DNA of 10,827 nt from positions 1 to 10,827 of the forward strand of contig RDOE01000099.1 in the NCBI GenBank assembly GCA_011364975.1, given 5' to 3'. Numbering within the stretch: the first letter of the stretch is position 1; each line of letters begins with the position of its first letter. The notes under the pieces were generated by a model. The model searched no databases. It was not told the DNA's origin and was given only the letters and a program-made list of their open reading frames with translations. The DNA is from Promethearchaeota archaeon (lineage in GTDB: Archaea; Asgardarchaeota; Lokiarchaeia; Sigyniarchaeales; SOKP01). Shown piece after piece: positions 1 to 7,454 of the stretch. Made by a program: the position numbers and the translations under genes.

Positions 1-25
1 GATTTATAAATAGCTCACATTTAAG

Positions 26-412
26 ATGTCAGGATTAGGTCTTACAGAATCTCAGAAAATGAAGAAATTGTCTCAGATTTTAACTACTCTCAAAAAGGAG
101 GGTAATTTAGTTGGGGTAATATTTGCTGAGCGGAGTGGGAAATTAATAACTAAAGCTTATGATTATGATTTTAATTTTGAAGAATTCTCCTCTATGTGTG
201 CTTCCGTATTGGAAAGTGCTTTAGGGTTAAGTAGTGCAATGGGCGATCAAAAAATAGCAAGAGTAATAACTGAGTTAGAAAGTACTACTATTTTAATATT
301 CGAATGTGATGAACATACCTTCTTGATTTTAGCTGCAAAACTGGATTCTAAAATAAGCCAAGTGATAGATAAAATGGAAGAATACAAAAAGAAGATCTTA
401 TTTTTATATTAA
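26..412 (+). CDS. Roadblock/LC7 (MglB/LAMTOR2-like) domain protein
   Basis: 128 aa with the Roadblock pattern: helix (LSQILTTLKK), strands GVIFAERSGKLI, long helix (EEFSSMCASVLESALGLSSAMG), strands VITEL/ILIFE/FLILAA and a C-terminal helix. An alternative ATG lies at 59. Confidence 0.85.
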   Translation: MSGLGLTESQKMKKLSQILTTLKKEGNLVGVIFAERSGKLITKAYDYDFNFEEFSSMCASVLESALGLSSAMGDQKIARVITELESTTILIFECDEHTFLILAAKLDSKISQVIDKMEEYKKKILFLY

Positions 413-469
413 AATAACAAAACGTAATTATTCCCTAAATCCTTTAATTCTAAAAATTTACAAATCTTC

Positions 470-478
470 TTTTTTTTT
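470..478 (+). terminator. Archaeal-type oligo-T terminator after the Roadblock gene
   Basis: T9 run preceded by TCTTC, about 58 nt after the TAA at 412. Confidence 0.45.
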
Positions 479-497
479 ATTTATCTTAGATAAATAA
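477..497. promoter_or_regulatory. Perfect 10-1-10 palindrome, candidate operator upstream of the DUF362-like gene
   Basis: TTATTTATCT-T-AGATAAATAA, ending 35 nt before the ATG at 533 and next to the AT-rich CATAAAAAA at 500-508. Confidence 0.45.
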
Positions 498-532
498 TTC
501 ATAAAAAATTTCAATAATGGGCTAAGATTATC

Positions 533-1630
533 ATGAATTCGGAAATTAAGTTGCAAGAAAAAGCGATAATAACAGATCTCAAAAATCAGAATATAGTTGA
601 AACCTTACAAAAAGCATTTGAGCAAGCAGGTATTTTACCACTTATTAGTCAATCTCGAGAAATATATGTACACATACCATTAGGGGCGACTCTTTTTAGA
701 GACGGACAACCAATAGGGGGAACTTATCTTGATGTAGAGTTTGCCGAAGCTATAGTTTTGATTAGCGCTGGCAAGCCTGTTATTTTCTACGAGGCCCCAG
801 CAACAACTCATAAAAATGTGAAAAATTTATTTGAAAAGTTTGGATATACCGAACTTGCCAGGAAGTATTCACAGGTCCGAATCTTATGTCTCGAAGATGA
901 TGTAATAGACAAGTTAAGCACGAGATCCTTGCATTATGGATTCGATTATCCCCTAGTTGAGCTTCCTGGCTTTCTTTTCGATAAACAAAACCTAATTATT
1001 AGCTTCAGTAATCCGAAAGCACCATTTCCCGATGCAGTTGCTGGATTTAAGGGGCTTCCTTTCTCTCTTAGCGGAAAGTCACTTATTATAGGGTCCACAT
1101 TGTTTCCTAAGAAAAATTTATTGCATATTGCTTTCACAGACGTTGGATTAGGATTGAAGGGATATGTTGTTGACGCACTTGATAAAATCCATAAAGCAGG
1201 TGTTAAATGTGTAGGAATCAATGGTGGACGTTTTGCGGGTGCTATGATTGATCAGGTAAAGGTACATCCTGTTGATTGGAATGTACTTGTTGTTTCTACA
1301 AATATTGGAATTGCAGATGCTGTAGCAGCTACTCTTATGGGATTTGAACCACAAAAGATAGAATATTTCATTGAATTAATTCAGAAGGCTCTCATTCCTT
1401 CCGAACTCGATACTATATCTATAATTGAATTCGGAGTTGGCCGTGCTCGCCTTGAACAGCAACTGAGAATGAACAATCCCTTCCTCCCCCAAGAAAGATC
1501 AATAACTACGCATCAATGGATACTTGGTATTCTTAGGCAGGTTTCTTTCAAAGATAGACTCCGTATGGTCAGAAAGATCCTGCCATCAATAATCAGATAT
1601 AAATTTACAAAGAAAAGAAAGCACATCTAA
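533..1630 (+). CDS. DUF362-like domain protein (degenerate motifs)
   Basis: 365 aa. The order of motifs (IYVHIP, VIFYEAP, FEKFGYTELA, VELPGFL, LIISFSNPKA, SLSGKSLIIG, KNLLH, LVVSTNIGIADAVAATLMGFEP) parallels DUF362, especially the C-terminal D-A-V-A-A-x-L-M-G-F-x-P. Confidence 0.65.
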   Translation: MNSEIKLQEKAIITDLKNQNIVETLQKAFEQAGILPLISQSREIYVHIPLGATLFRDGQPIGGTYLDVEFAEAIVLISAGKPVIFYEAPATTHKNVKNLFEKFGYTELARKYSQVRILCLEDDVIDKLSTRSLHYGFDYPLVELPGFLFDKQNLIISFSNPKAPFPDAVAGFKGLPFSLSGKSLIIGSTLFPKKNLLHIAFTDVGLGLKGYVVDALDKIHKAGVKCVGINGGRFAGAMIDQVKVHPVDWNVLVVSTNIGIADAVAATLMGFEPQKIEYFIELIQKALIPSELDTISIIEFGVGRARLEQQLRMNNPFLPQERSITTHQWILGILRQVSFKDRLRMVRKILPSIIRYKFTKKRKHI

Positions 1631-1647
1631 TTAATTATATTAAAAAA

Positions 1648-1693
1648 TATGGGAAGAGATTTCATCTTTCTATAAGAAGGTTTATGCTTCTTA
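1648..1693. terminator. Two adjacent hairpins between convergent genes
   Basis: TATGGGAAGA/TCTTTCTATA (1648-1674, 10 pairs including 2 G-U) and TAAGAAG/CTTCTTA (1673-1693, 7 perfect pairs). Confidence 0.35.
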
Positions 1694-1703
1694 GAAAAAT
1701 TTT

Positions 1704-1714
1704 AAAAAAAAAAA
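1704..1714 (-). terminator. Oligo-T terminator of the M28 peptidase gene
   Basis: A11 on the + strand, which is T11 on the - strand, 5 nt after the stop at 1720. Confidence 0.55.
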
Positions 1715-1719
1715 TAAGT

Positions 1720-2973
1720 TTAAGAATCAACTTCCTTTAAATAATCTAGGCACAGTTCAACAATTTGTCCTAATGCTTCTTTTTCTATTACTTCAGGAGT
1801 ATCATTTCTTGTATGGTAATAAGGAGCTAACTCTTCTTTCAAATTTAAACCTCCAACTGCTACAGCAGAAATTCCTTTTTTACTAAAGGCAGCAGCATCC
1901 GTTGCACCGAAAGGTAATGACATGAGCCTTGCATTTAACTTTCTTCTTTTGGAGATTTCCATCAAGGAATTATAAATTTTAGAGTCATGTTTGACTCCAA
2001 TTCCTGATTCTTTATTATGAATTACAAGCGTATTTTTTTTAGCGATAGAATCCATGTTAACAATTATAGAATTGTTAGATTTAAGCTCATCGAGGTGTTT
2101 GCTGACATATCTCTTTGAACCACGTAAACCAGCTTCCTCTCCTGCGAAAGAAATTAGATATATTATAGTATTTTTTGGAAAAATGTCAGGGTTAGTTTTA
2201 TTTTCCATTAGAAATTTTCCGATGCCAAGTATTATAGCAACGCCAGATAAATTATCAAAAGCCCCAAGAACTGGTTTGTATGTATGAAAGAGAATATAGA
2301 CGAGAATAATTGGAATGAAAAAAATAAACAGAATTCCGAATACTACAAAAAGCATAGTTAATTCAATGGAAAGAATAAAAAAAATCAACTTTAGTATCGT
2401 AGCAATTAATACAATAACTACTGCAAGATATCCAATATTGATTATTATTTGACCGAATCTCTTTAGATAATAAAAGGTATTGAATTCAAACGCAGAATCA
2501 TGATGGGCAGAAAATATTATTGTGTGTTTGATTTCCTCGATAGGGTTTATGATACCTATAATGTTCCTTGATTTTCGTTTTGGAAATAAAAAATCATATA
2601 CTTCATAATATTTCATTACTTCCAAGATAAAATAACTCACTGTTAAAATAATAAGGATAACCGAAATTAATAAAAAAACTAATCCATAGAATTGATCCAA
2701 TAAAATGATATTTAAATCAATTAACACACTTACCCAGTAAAGGATTATAGCAACAAATACCAATGCTGCGCCATATCTAATCCCACCCAGAAATGCATGA
2801 GGATTACTTGTATATTCTTCTTGTCTTGTTTCATCACAATATTTTTTTAATTCGTTCTCAATTATATCGCCTGTTTTTAATTCTTCTTCTGTTCCAGATT
2901 CTCTAGGTCCTATCTCATTACAAATTCGTTCGATAAATTGATACATATAATTATTTAGAGTTTCGTTAACCAT
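1720..2973 (-). CDS. M28/M20-clan zinc metallopeptidase with about 4 transmembrane helices
   Basis: All clan MH motifs are present: IGPRESGT, SAHHDS, GAFDNLSG, FAGEEAGLRGS, VNMDS, GATDA, YYHTRNDT. Two hydrophobic hairpins are inserted within the domain. Confidence 0.9.
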   Translation of the reverse strand: MVNETLNNYMYQFIERICNEIGPRESGTEEELKTGDIIENELKKYCDETRQEEYTSNPHAFLGGIRYGAALVFVAIILYWVSVLIDLNIILLDQFYGLVFLLISVILIILTVSYFILEVMKYYEVYDFLFPKRKSRNIIGIINPIEEIKHTIIFSAHHDSAFEFNTFYYLKRFGQIIINIGYLAVVIVLIATILKLIFFILSIELTMLFVVFGILFIFFIPIILVYILFHTYKPVLGAFDNLSGVAIILGIGKFLMENKTNPDIFPKNTIIYLISFAGEEAGLRGSKRYVSKHLDELKSNNSIIVNMDSIAKKNTLVIHNKESGIGVKHDSKIYNSLMEISKRRKLNARLMSLPFGATDAAAFSKKGISAVAVGGLNLKEELAPYYHTRNDTPEVIEKEALGQIVELCLDYLKEVDS

Positions 2974-3054
2974 AATAACCAGCTAAAAATTGTAAAATTA
3001 AATCTATTGTGTTAAAAACATAAGATATCAAATAAAAATTACGAATTGTTAATT

Positions 3055-3064
3055 CTTTATAAAG
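3055..3064. promoter_or_regulatory. Palindromic TATA-like element between divergent genes
   Basis: CTTTATAAAG reads TTTATAAA on both strands and lies near the midpoint (about 3064) between starts 2973 (-) and 3155 (+). Confidence 0.3.
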
Positions 3065-3154
3065 TATTGAAACCCTAAATTTTAAGTGTTTAACCAGATT
3101 TTAAAATATTAGATTTAACTTTAGAACTTAACAGTAAGGATTTGAGTAAATTTT

Positions 3155-5185
3155 ATGATAATTAAGAAAGATATGAATGAAGAAGAAATCAATGAATTCA
3201 TAGATTATGCCCTTAAAGAAATGACAATAAAGGAAAAAATAAAGCAAATGTCAGGACATGATTTCTTCAAACTTCTATTGAGAGATCGAAAATTTGGTGT
3301 GCGAGCTTATCCCGCCGCAGGATTGAAACGTTTAGGGATTCCTCCTATTTTATTCACAGACGGTCCTAGAGGAGTAATTATCCCAGGTTCGACATGTTTT
3401 CCTGTATCAATGGCAAGAGGAGCATCATGGGATTTAGAGTTAGAAGAGAAAATAGGGGACGTTATAGGAAGAGAAGTTCGTGCTCATGGAGGGAACCTTT
3501 TTGGAGGAGTATGTATCAACCTATTAAGACATCCCGCTTGGGGTAGAGCTCAAGAAACTTATGGTGAAGATCCCTTTTTAATTGGAAAATTTGGAGCGGC
3601 GTTAGTTAAAGGCGTTCAGAAACATAATGTAATGGCAACTGTAAAACATTATGCCTTAAATAGTATTGAAAATGCAAGATTTAAGGTTAATGTTAAGATA
3701 GATGAACGAACACTACGAGAAGTCTACTTACCACACTTCAAGCGTTGTATAGAGGAAGACTGTGCAACAGTAATGTCTGCATATAATAAAGTTCGAGGAG
3801 AATATTGTGGCCATAATAAATATCTTCTGAGAGATATTCTTAAAGAAGAATGGGGCTTTAAAGGATTTGTTCATTCCGATTGGATGCGTGGACTTAAGGA
3901 TACGATAGGAGGAATAACTGGTGGATTAGATGTTGAGATGCCCTGGTCCAAATTTTATGGTAAAAAGCTTAAAAAAGCCGTTGAGAATAAAGTTATCCCT
4001 ATGGAATTAATTGATGATGCAGTAATTAGAGTAATAAGGACTATATTGAAATTTACTACTAAAATTGATCTTGAATTTTATGGAGAAGATCTTATTGGAT
4101 GTAAAGACCATGTAAGTATTGCTCGAATTGCTGCTGAAAAAAGTATGGTTTTATTAAAAAATGAAAAGAATCTTCTTCCATTGAATGTTAATGGATTAAA
4201 ATCGATTGCTATTATTGGTCCCTTAGCAGATGTGAAAAATACAGGAGATCATGGAAGCAGCAATGTAAGACAAAGTAATATTGTCACTCCGTTACAAGGA
4301 TTTAGAAATTTAATTGAAGAAAAAGTCAAACTAAGCTACTTAGATGGAACTGACTTAGAATTAACAAAAAATCTAGCTTCATCTGTAGATGTTGTGATAT
4401 TAATTGTGGGTTATACTTATAAAGATGAGGGCGAATGGATTCCTGAATTCAAAATCGGAGGAGACCGTGATAGCCTTAATCTACATAAAGAAGATATTGA
4501 ATTAATAAAAGCAATTTCAAAAGTAAATCCGAACACGATTGTCACTTTAATAGGAGGAAGTGCTATCATGATGGAGAATTGGAAAAATGAAGTTCCAGCA
4601 ATTTTAATGGCATGGTATTCTGGAATGGAAGGGGGACATGCTTTAGCTAATATTATCCTTGGTAAAGTAAACCCAAGTGGGAAATTACCATTTACAATTC
4701 CAAAAAATACTTCTGATTTACCCTTTTTTGATAAAAACGCCGATGAAATTGAATATGGATATTATCATGGTTATACAAAGTTTGATAAAGAAGGGTTAGA
4801 ACCAGCATTTCCTTTCGGATTTGGATTAAGTTATACTCAATTTAAATATGAAAATTTACAAATTGAAATAGTATCTGAGAAGATTATTGCTACAGTTGAT
4901 ATATCAAATATTGGTAAAATTATGGGTGAAGAAGTGGTGCAATTATATATCGGCTTTGAAAATTCAAAAATACAAAAACCAATAAAACTATTAAAAGGAT
5001 TCACTAAAGCGCAACTGCAGCCCGGTGAGAAGAAAACAGTAAAAATTGAAGTCAATAAAAACGATTTAGCATGGTATAATCCAGATAAAATGCAGTGGGA
5101 TCTTGAAGACATTGAATATAATCTACATGTAGGTGGATCATCAAGAGCTCAAGATCTTCTAACTTCAAAATTTACTATATCCTAA
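3155..5185 (+). CDS. Glycoside hydrolase family 3 beta-glucosidase (GH3 N + GH3 C + Fn3-like domain), probably cytoplasmic
   Basis: Motifs TDGPRG, RHPAWGRAQETYGEDP, KHYALN, VMSAYN, SDW (nucleophile Asp), GLDVEMP, AWYSGMEGG, NPSGKLPFT, FPFGFGLSYT, EVVQLY, LKGF. No signal peptide. Confidence 0.95.
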   Translation: MIIKKDMNEEEINEFIDYALKEMTIKEKIKQMSGHDFFKLLLRDRKFGVRAYPAAGLKRLGIPPILFTDGPRGVIIPGSTCFPVSMARGASWDLELEEKIGDVIGREVRAHGGNLFGGVCINLLRHPAWGRAQETYGEDPFLIGKFGAALVKGVQKHNVMATVKHYALNSIENARFKVNVKIDERTLREVYLPHFKRCIEEDCATVMSAYNKVRGEYCGHNKYLLRDILKEEWGFKGFVHSDWMRGLKDTIGGITGGLDVEMPWSKFYGKKLKKAVENKVIPMELIDDAVIRVIRTILKFTTKIDLEFYGEDLIGCKDHVSIARIAAEKSMVLLKNEKNLLPLNVNGLKSIAIIGPLADVKNTGDHGSSNVRQSNIVTPLQGFRNLIEEKVKLSYLDGTDLELTKNLASSVDVVILIVGYTYKDEGEWIPEFKIGGDRDSLNLHKEDIELIKAISKVNPNTIVTLIGGSAIMMENWKNEVPAILMAWYSGMEGGHALANIILGKVNPSGKLPFTIPKNTSDLPFFDKNADEIEYGYYHGYTKFDKEGLEPAFPFGFGLSYTQFKYENLQIEIVSEKIIATVDISNIGKIMGEEVVQLYIGFENSKIQKPIKLLKGFTKAQLQPGEKKTVKIEVNKNDLAWYNPDKMQWDLEDIEYNLHVGGSSRAQDLLTSKFTIS

Positions 5186-5189
5186 ATTA

Positions 5190-5209
5190 ATTTTGTTTAT
5201 TTTATTTTT
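5190..5209 (+). terminator. T-rich terminator after the GH3 gene
   Basis: T-rich tract (TTTTGTTTATTTTATTTTT) directly after the TAA at 5185. Confidence 0.4.
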
Positions 5210-5217
5210 GCTCTATT

Positions 5218-5240
5218 AATTTATACATAGAGTATAAATT
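5218..5240. promoter_or_regulatory. 9-5-9 inverted repeat overlapping the TATA box of the C_GCAxxG_C_C gene
   Basis: AATTTATAC-ATAGA-GTATAAATT. TATAAA at 5233-5238 begins 30 nt before the ATG at 5263. Confidence 0.45.
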
Positions 5241-5262
5241 GTTAGTAAAACTCCCGTATATT

Positions 5263-5703
5263 ATGAATAATATAGATATGGCAATTGAATTTTTTAAAAC
5301 AGGGCATAATTGCTCTCAATCCATCTTTTGCGCGTATTCTTCTTTATTCGGATTGGATTATAGGACAGCCTTTAAAATAGCTAGTGCATTTGGGGGCGGT
5401 ATGGGAAGAGTTGGAAATACCTGTGGGGCTGTAACAGGAGCATTAATGACAATAGGGTTATTTAGTAGAAATACAAATCCAGAAGATAAAGAAAATAAAG
5501 AGAAAACTTATGAATTAGCTCGATTATTTATTGATAAATTTAAAGAATTAAATGGCACGGTTTTCTGCAGAGAATTAATAGGGTGCGATTTAAGTACGCC
5601 TGAGGGATTAGAGGAAGCTTCTAATAAAAATGTGATTGAAACTGTATGTTTTAATTTAGTAAAAAGTTCTGCTTTAATCCTAAATGATCTGATTAATGAA
5701 TAA
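5263..5703 (+). CDS. C_GCAxxG_C_C family putative redox-active protein
   Basis: GHNCSQS, AFGGGMG, TCGAVTG, FCREL, VCFNLV give the four-Cys family signature. ATG 5263 is preferred over the track's TTG 5239, which lies at the edge of the TATA box. Confidence 0.9.
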   Translation: MNNIDMAIEFFKTGHNCSQSIFCAYSSLFGLDYRTAFKIASAFGGGMGRVGNTCGAVTGALMTIGLFSRNTNPEDKENKEKTYELARLFIDKFKELNGTVFCRELIGCDLSTPEGLEEASNKNVIETVCFNLVKSSALILNDLINE

Positions 5704-5790
5704 ACTTGAGTTTAACCGTCAAGTCTATTCATTTATGCCTCTAAGATTATTATACTATCGAACATCTATATAAATCAAAAAAAGAGTAAT

Positions 5791-5808
5791 GAGAAAAACT
5801 TTTTATTT
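5791..5808 (+). promoter_or_regulatory. BRE + TATA promoter of a probably leaderless GYD gene
   Basis: Purine-rich GAGAAAAA followed by TTTTTATT about 30 nt before the ATG at 5830. No Shine-Dalgarno sequence. Confidence 0.4.
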
Positions 5809-5829
5809 GCTTTTATTATACTTTTCTTT

Positions 5830-6123
5830 ATGCCCATATATATATTAGCCACGAAATTACAAAATCCTGATCTCTTCGAGAAAAGAAAAGAGCAGGGAGA
5901 TAAGTATTTAAAACTTGTTCGAGAGAAAGTACCTAGTATAAAATGGATTGCTCACTATGCTATCCTTGGCCCATATGATTTCATTGATATATTTGAAGCA
6001 GAAAGTGAACAAGAAGCTGCAAAGGTATCATTACTATCAAGATCAGCAGGTGCTTCTTTTGCAGAAAGCTGGACAGCAATTCCATATTCGAACTTCATTA
6101 AAATTATTGAAGATCTTAAATAA
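5830..6123 (+). CDS. GYD domain protein
   Basis: 97 aa: MPIYIL start, HYAILGPYDFIDIFEAESEQEAAKVSL core, ESWTAIP end. Typical GYD family size and G-x-Y-D motif. Confidence 0.9.
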   Translation: MPIYILATKLQNPDLFEKRKEQGDKYLKLVREKVPSIKWIAHYAILGPYDFIDIFEAESEQEAAKVSLLSRSAGASFAESWTAIPYSNFIKIIEDLK

Positions 6124-6296
6124 GTAAAGAATTTTAAAAAGTTAAGCTATTAATAATTTTGAATTTTTTAAATACAACCACTTAGATTATGCTTTAAGTC
6201 AAATAGGATTTGTTTTACGAGTTTGGCAAGACAAATTTATATTTATACATGGGTTTTTGGTAAATATCCAGATGATCATTATCATTTTTCTAGTTT

Positions 6297-7442
6297 TTGG
6301 TGGTAAATTTGGAAAAGAAAACTAAAAGAATTATCCTTATAGCGAGTGTTATTGGTATAATTATTATAATAATTAGCTTTCCGATATACTTATTTGTACC
6401 TAATCTTATTTTTGTAAAACATGTTATCGATGACAGTTTCTGGGCAGCAAATTATATAGCATATGCGGATCTTGATGGTGATAATGATCAGGATTTAGTA
6501 GGATGCGCTTATTATGGTGATGATATTGCGTGGTGGGAATACTCAGAGGGAAATTTTACAAAGCACTTTATTGATAGCTCTTTTACACGTGTAATTCATG
6601 TTCATCCTGAGGATTTAGATAGAGATGGAGATATTGATATATTAGCAACTTCGGAAGTTCTTGATCAATTAGCATGGTGGGAAAATAATGGAACCCATTT
6701 TACTAAACATGTGATAACGTCCTCTTACGATCATCCTCTCAGAATAAATAGTATTGATTTTGATAATGATGGTGATATTGATATTTTAAGTACTTCAATC
6801 AATGAGGTTTCTTGGTGGGAGAATGAAGGTAATCTGAATTTTACTCAACACGCTGTTTCGTCTGATCTTAATAGTACTTTCGATGAGCATCATCATTTTA
6901 TTCATGCCGTTGATTTAAATCGTGATGGAAATCTTGATCTTGTAACGGGTGGTGCATCAACTAGTCATGGAGGGTTATTCTGTTGGAAAAATGAAGGTAA
7001 TGGAACTTTCACAAAAATAAGCGTAACTAATAATTATATGAGAGTTCATGATGTTCGAACAGGAGATATGGATAGAGATGGTGATCTTGATTTTGTATGC
7101 GGTTCTTTTAGCTCTGATGAGTTAAGTTGGTTTGAAAATAGAGGAGATTTTAATCTTATAAAACATAATATCGCAGTCAATTTTGATGGGTCTAATGGAG
7201 GATTTCCATGTGATTTAGATAGGGATGGAGATATGGATGTAGTTGGATTAGCATATAATGGAGAAAAGATTAGTTGGTTTGAAAATGTTGGATTTAACAA
7301 TTTCAATGAACATATTATTAGTGAGGATGTAGATCAAGCTACCAGTTGTTGCGTTTTTGATATTGATAAGGATTCTGATTTAGATATTTTTTCAGCAGCA
7401 GGAAGTGAAATCGCATTTTGGGAAAATACCTTATCTAATTAA
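6297..7442 (+). CDS. Membrane-anchored FG-GAP/VCBS-repeat (integrin-alpha-like) beta-propeller protein
   Basis: Basic KKTKR followed by a ~23-aa hydrophobic anchor, then seven D-x-D/N-x-D-G/N/S-D/N-x-D motifs, each followed by W-E/K-N/Y. The start is uncertain (TTG 6297, GTG 6300 or TTG 6309). Confidence 0.9.
   Translation: MVVNLEKKTKRIILIASVIGIIIIIISFPIYLFVPNLIFVKHVIDDSFWAANYIAYADLDGDNDQDLVGCAYYGDDIAWWEYSEGNFTKHFIDSSFTRVIHVHPEDLDRDGDIDILATSEVLDQLAWWENNGTHFTKHVITSSYDHPLRINSIDFDNDGDIDILSTSINEVSWWENEGNLNFTQHAVSSDLNSTFDEHHHFIHAVDLNRDGNLDLVTGGASTSHGGLFCWKNEGNGTFTKISVTNNYMRVHDVRTGDMDRDGDLDFVCGSFSSDELSWFENRGDFNLIKHNIAVNFDGSNGGFPCDLDRDGDMDVVGLAYNGEKISWFENVGFNNFNEHIISEDVDQATSCCVFDIDKDSDLDIFSAAGSEIAFWENTLSN
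6468..7427 (+). repeat. Seven coding tandem repeats of 48-52 aa
   Basis: Ca-binding motif codons start at 6468, 6612, 6756, 6912, 7065, 7212 and 7359 (spacing 144, 144, 156, 153, 147, 147 nt). 6612-6640 and 7212-7240 match at 26/29 nt. Confidence 0.85.
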
Positions 7443-7454
7443 AATAAGGTTGGA

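Noticed and set aside
946-1354. Track ORFs 946..1221 (-) and 1148..1354 (-)
   Set aside because: Antisense shadows inside the DUF362-like CDS with no recognisable motifs.
2054-2287. Track ORF 2054..2287 (+)
   Set aside because: Antisense to the catalytic core of the M28 peptidase.
4837-5112. Track ORF 4837..5112 (-)
   Set aside because: Antisense shadow of the GH3 Fn3-like domain.
5704-5724. ACTTGA-N9-TCAAGT inverted repeat after the C_GCAxxG_C_C stop
   Set aside because: Only 6 bp with no T-tract, too weak to call.
6612-7240. Near-identical 29-nt repeats as CRISPR or DGR template/variable repeats
   Set aside because: They are in-frame codons of DxDxDGD motifs. I saw no spacer array, cas gene or reverse transcriptase.
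7046-7306. Track ORF 7046..7306 (-)
   Set aside because: Antisense shadow of the FG-GAP repeats. Its Ser/Pro pattern simply mirrors the Asp/Gly codons.
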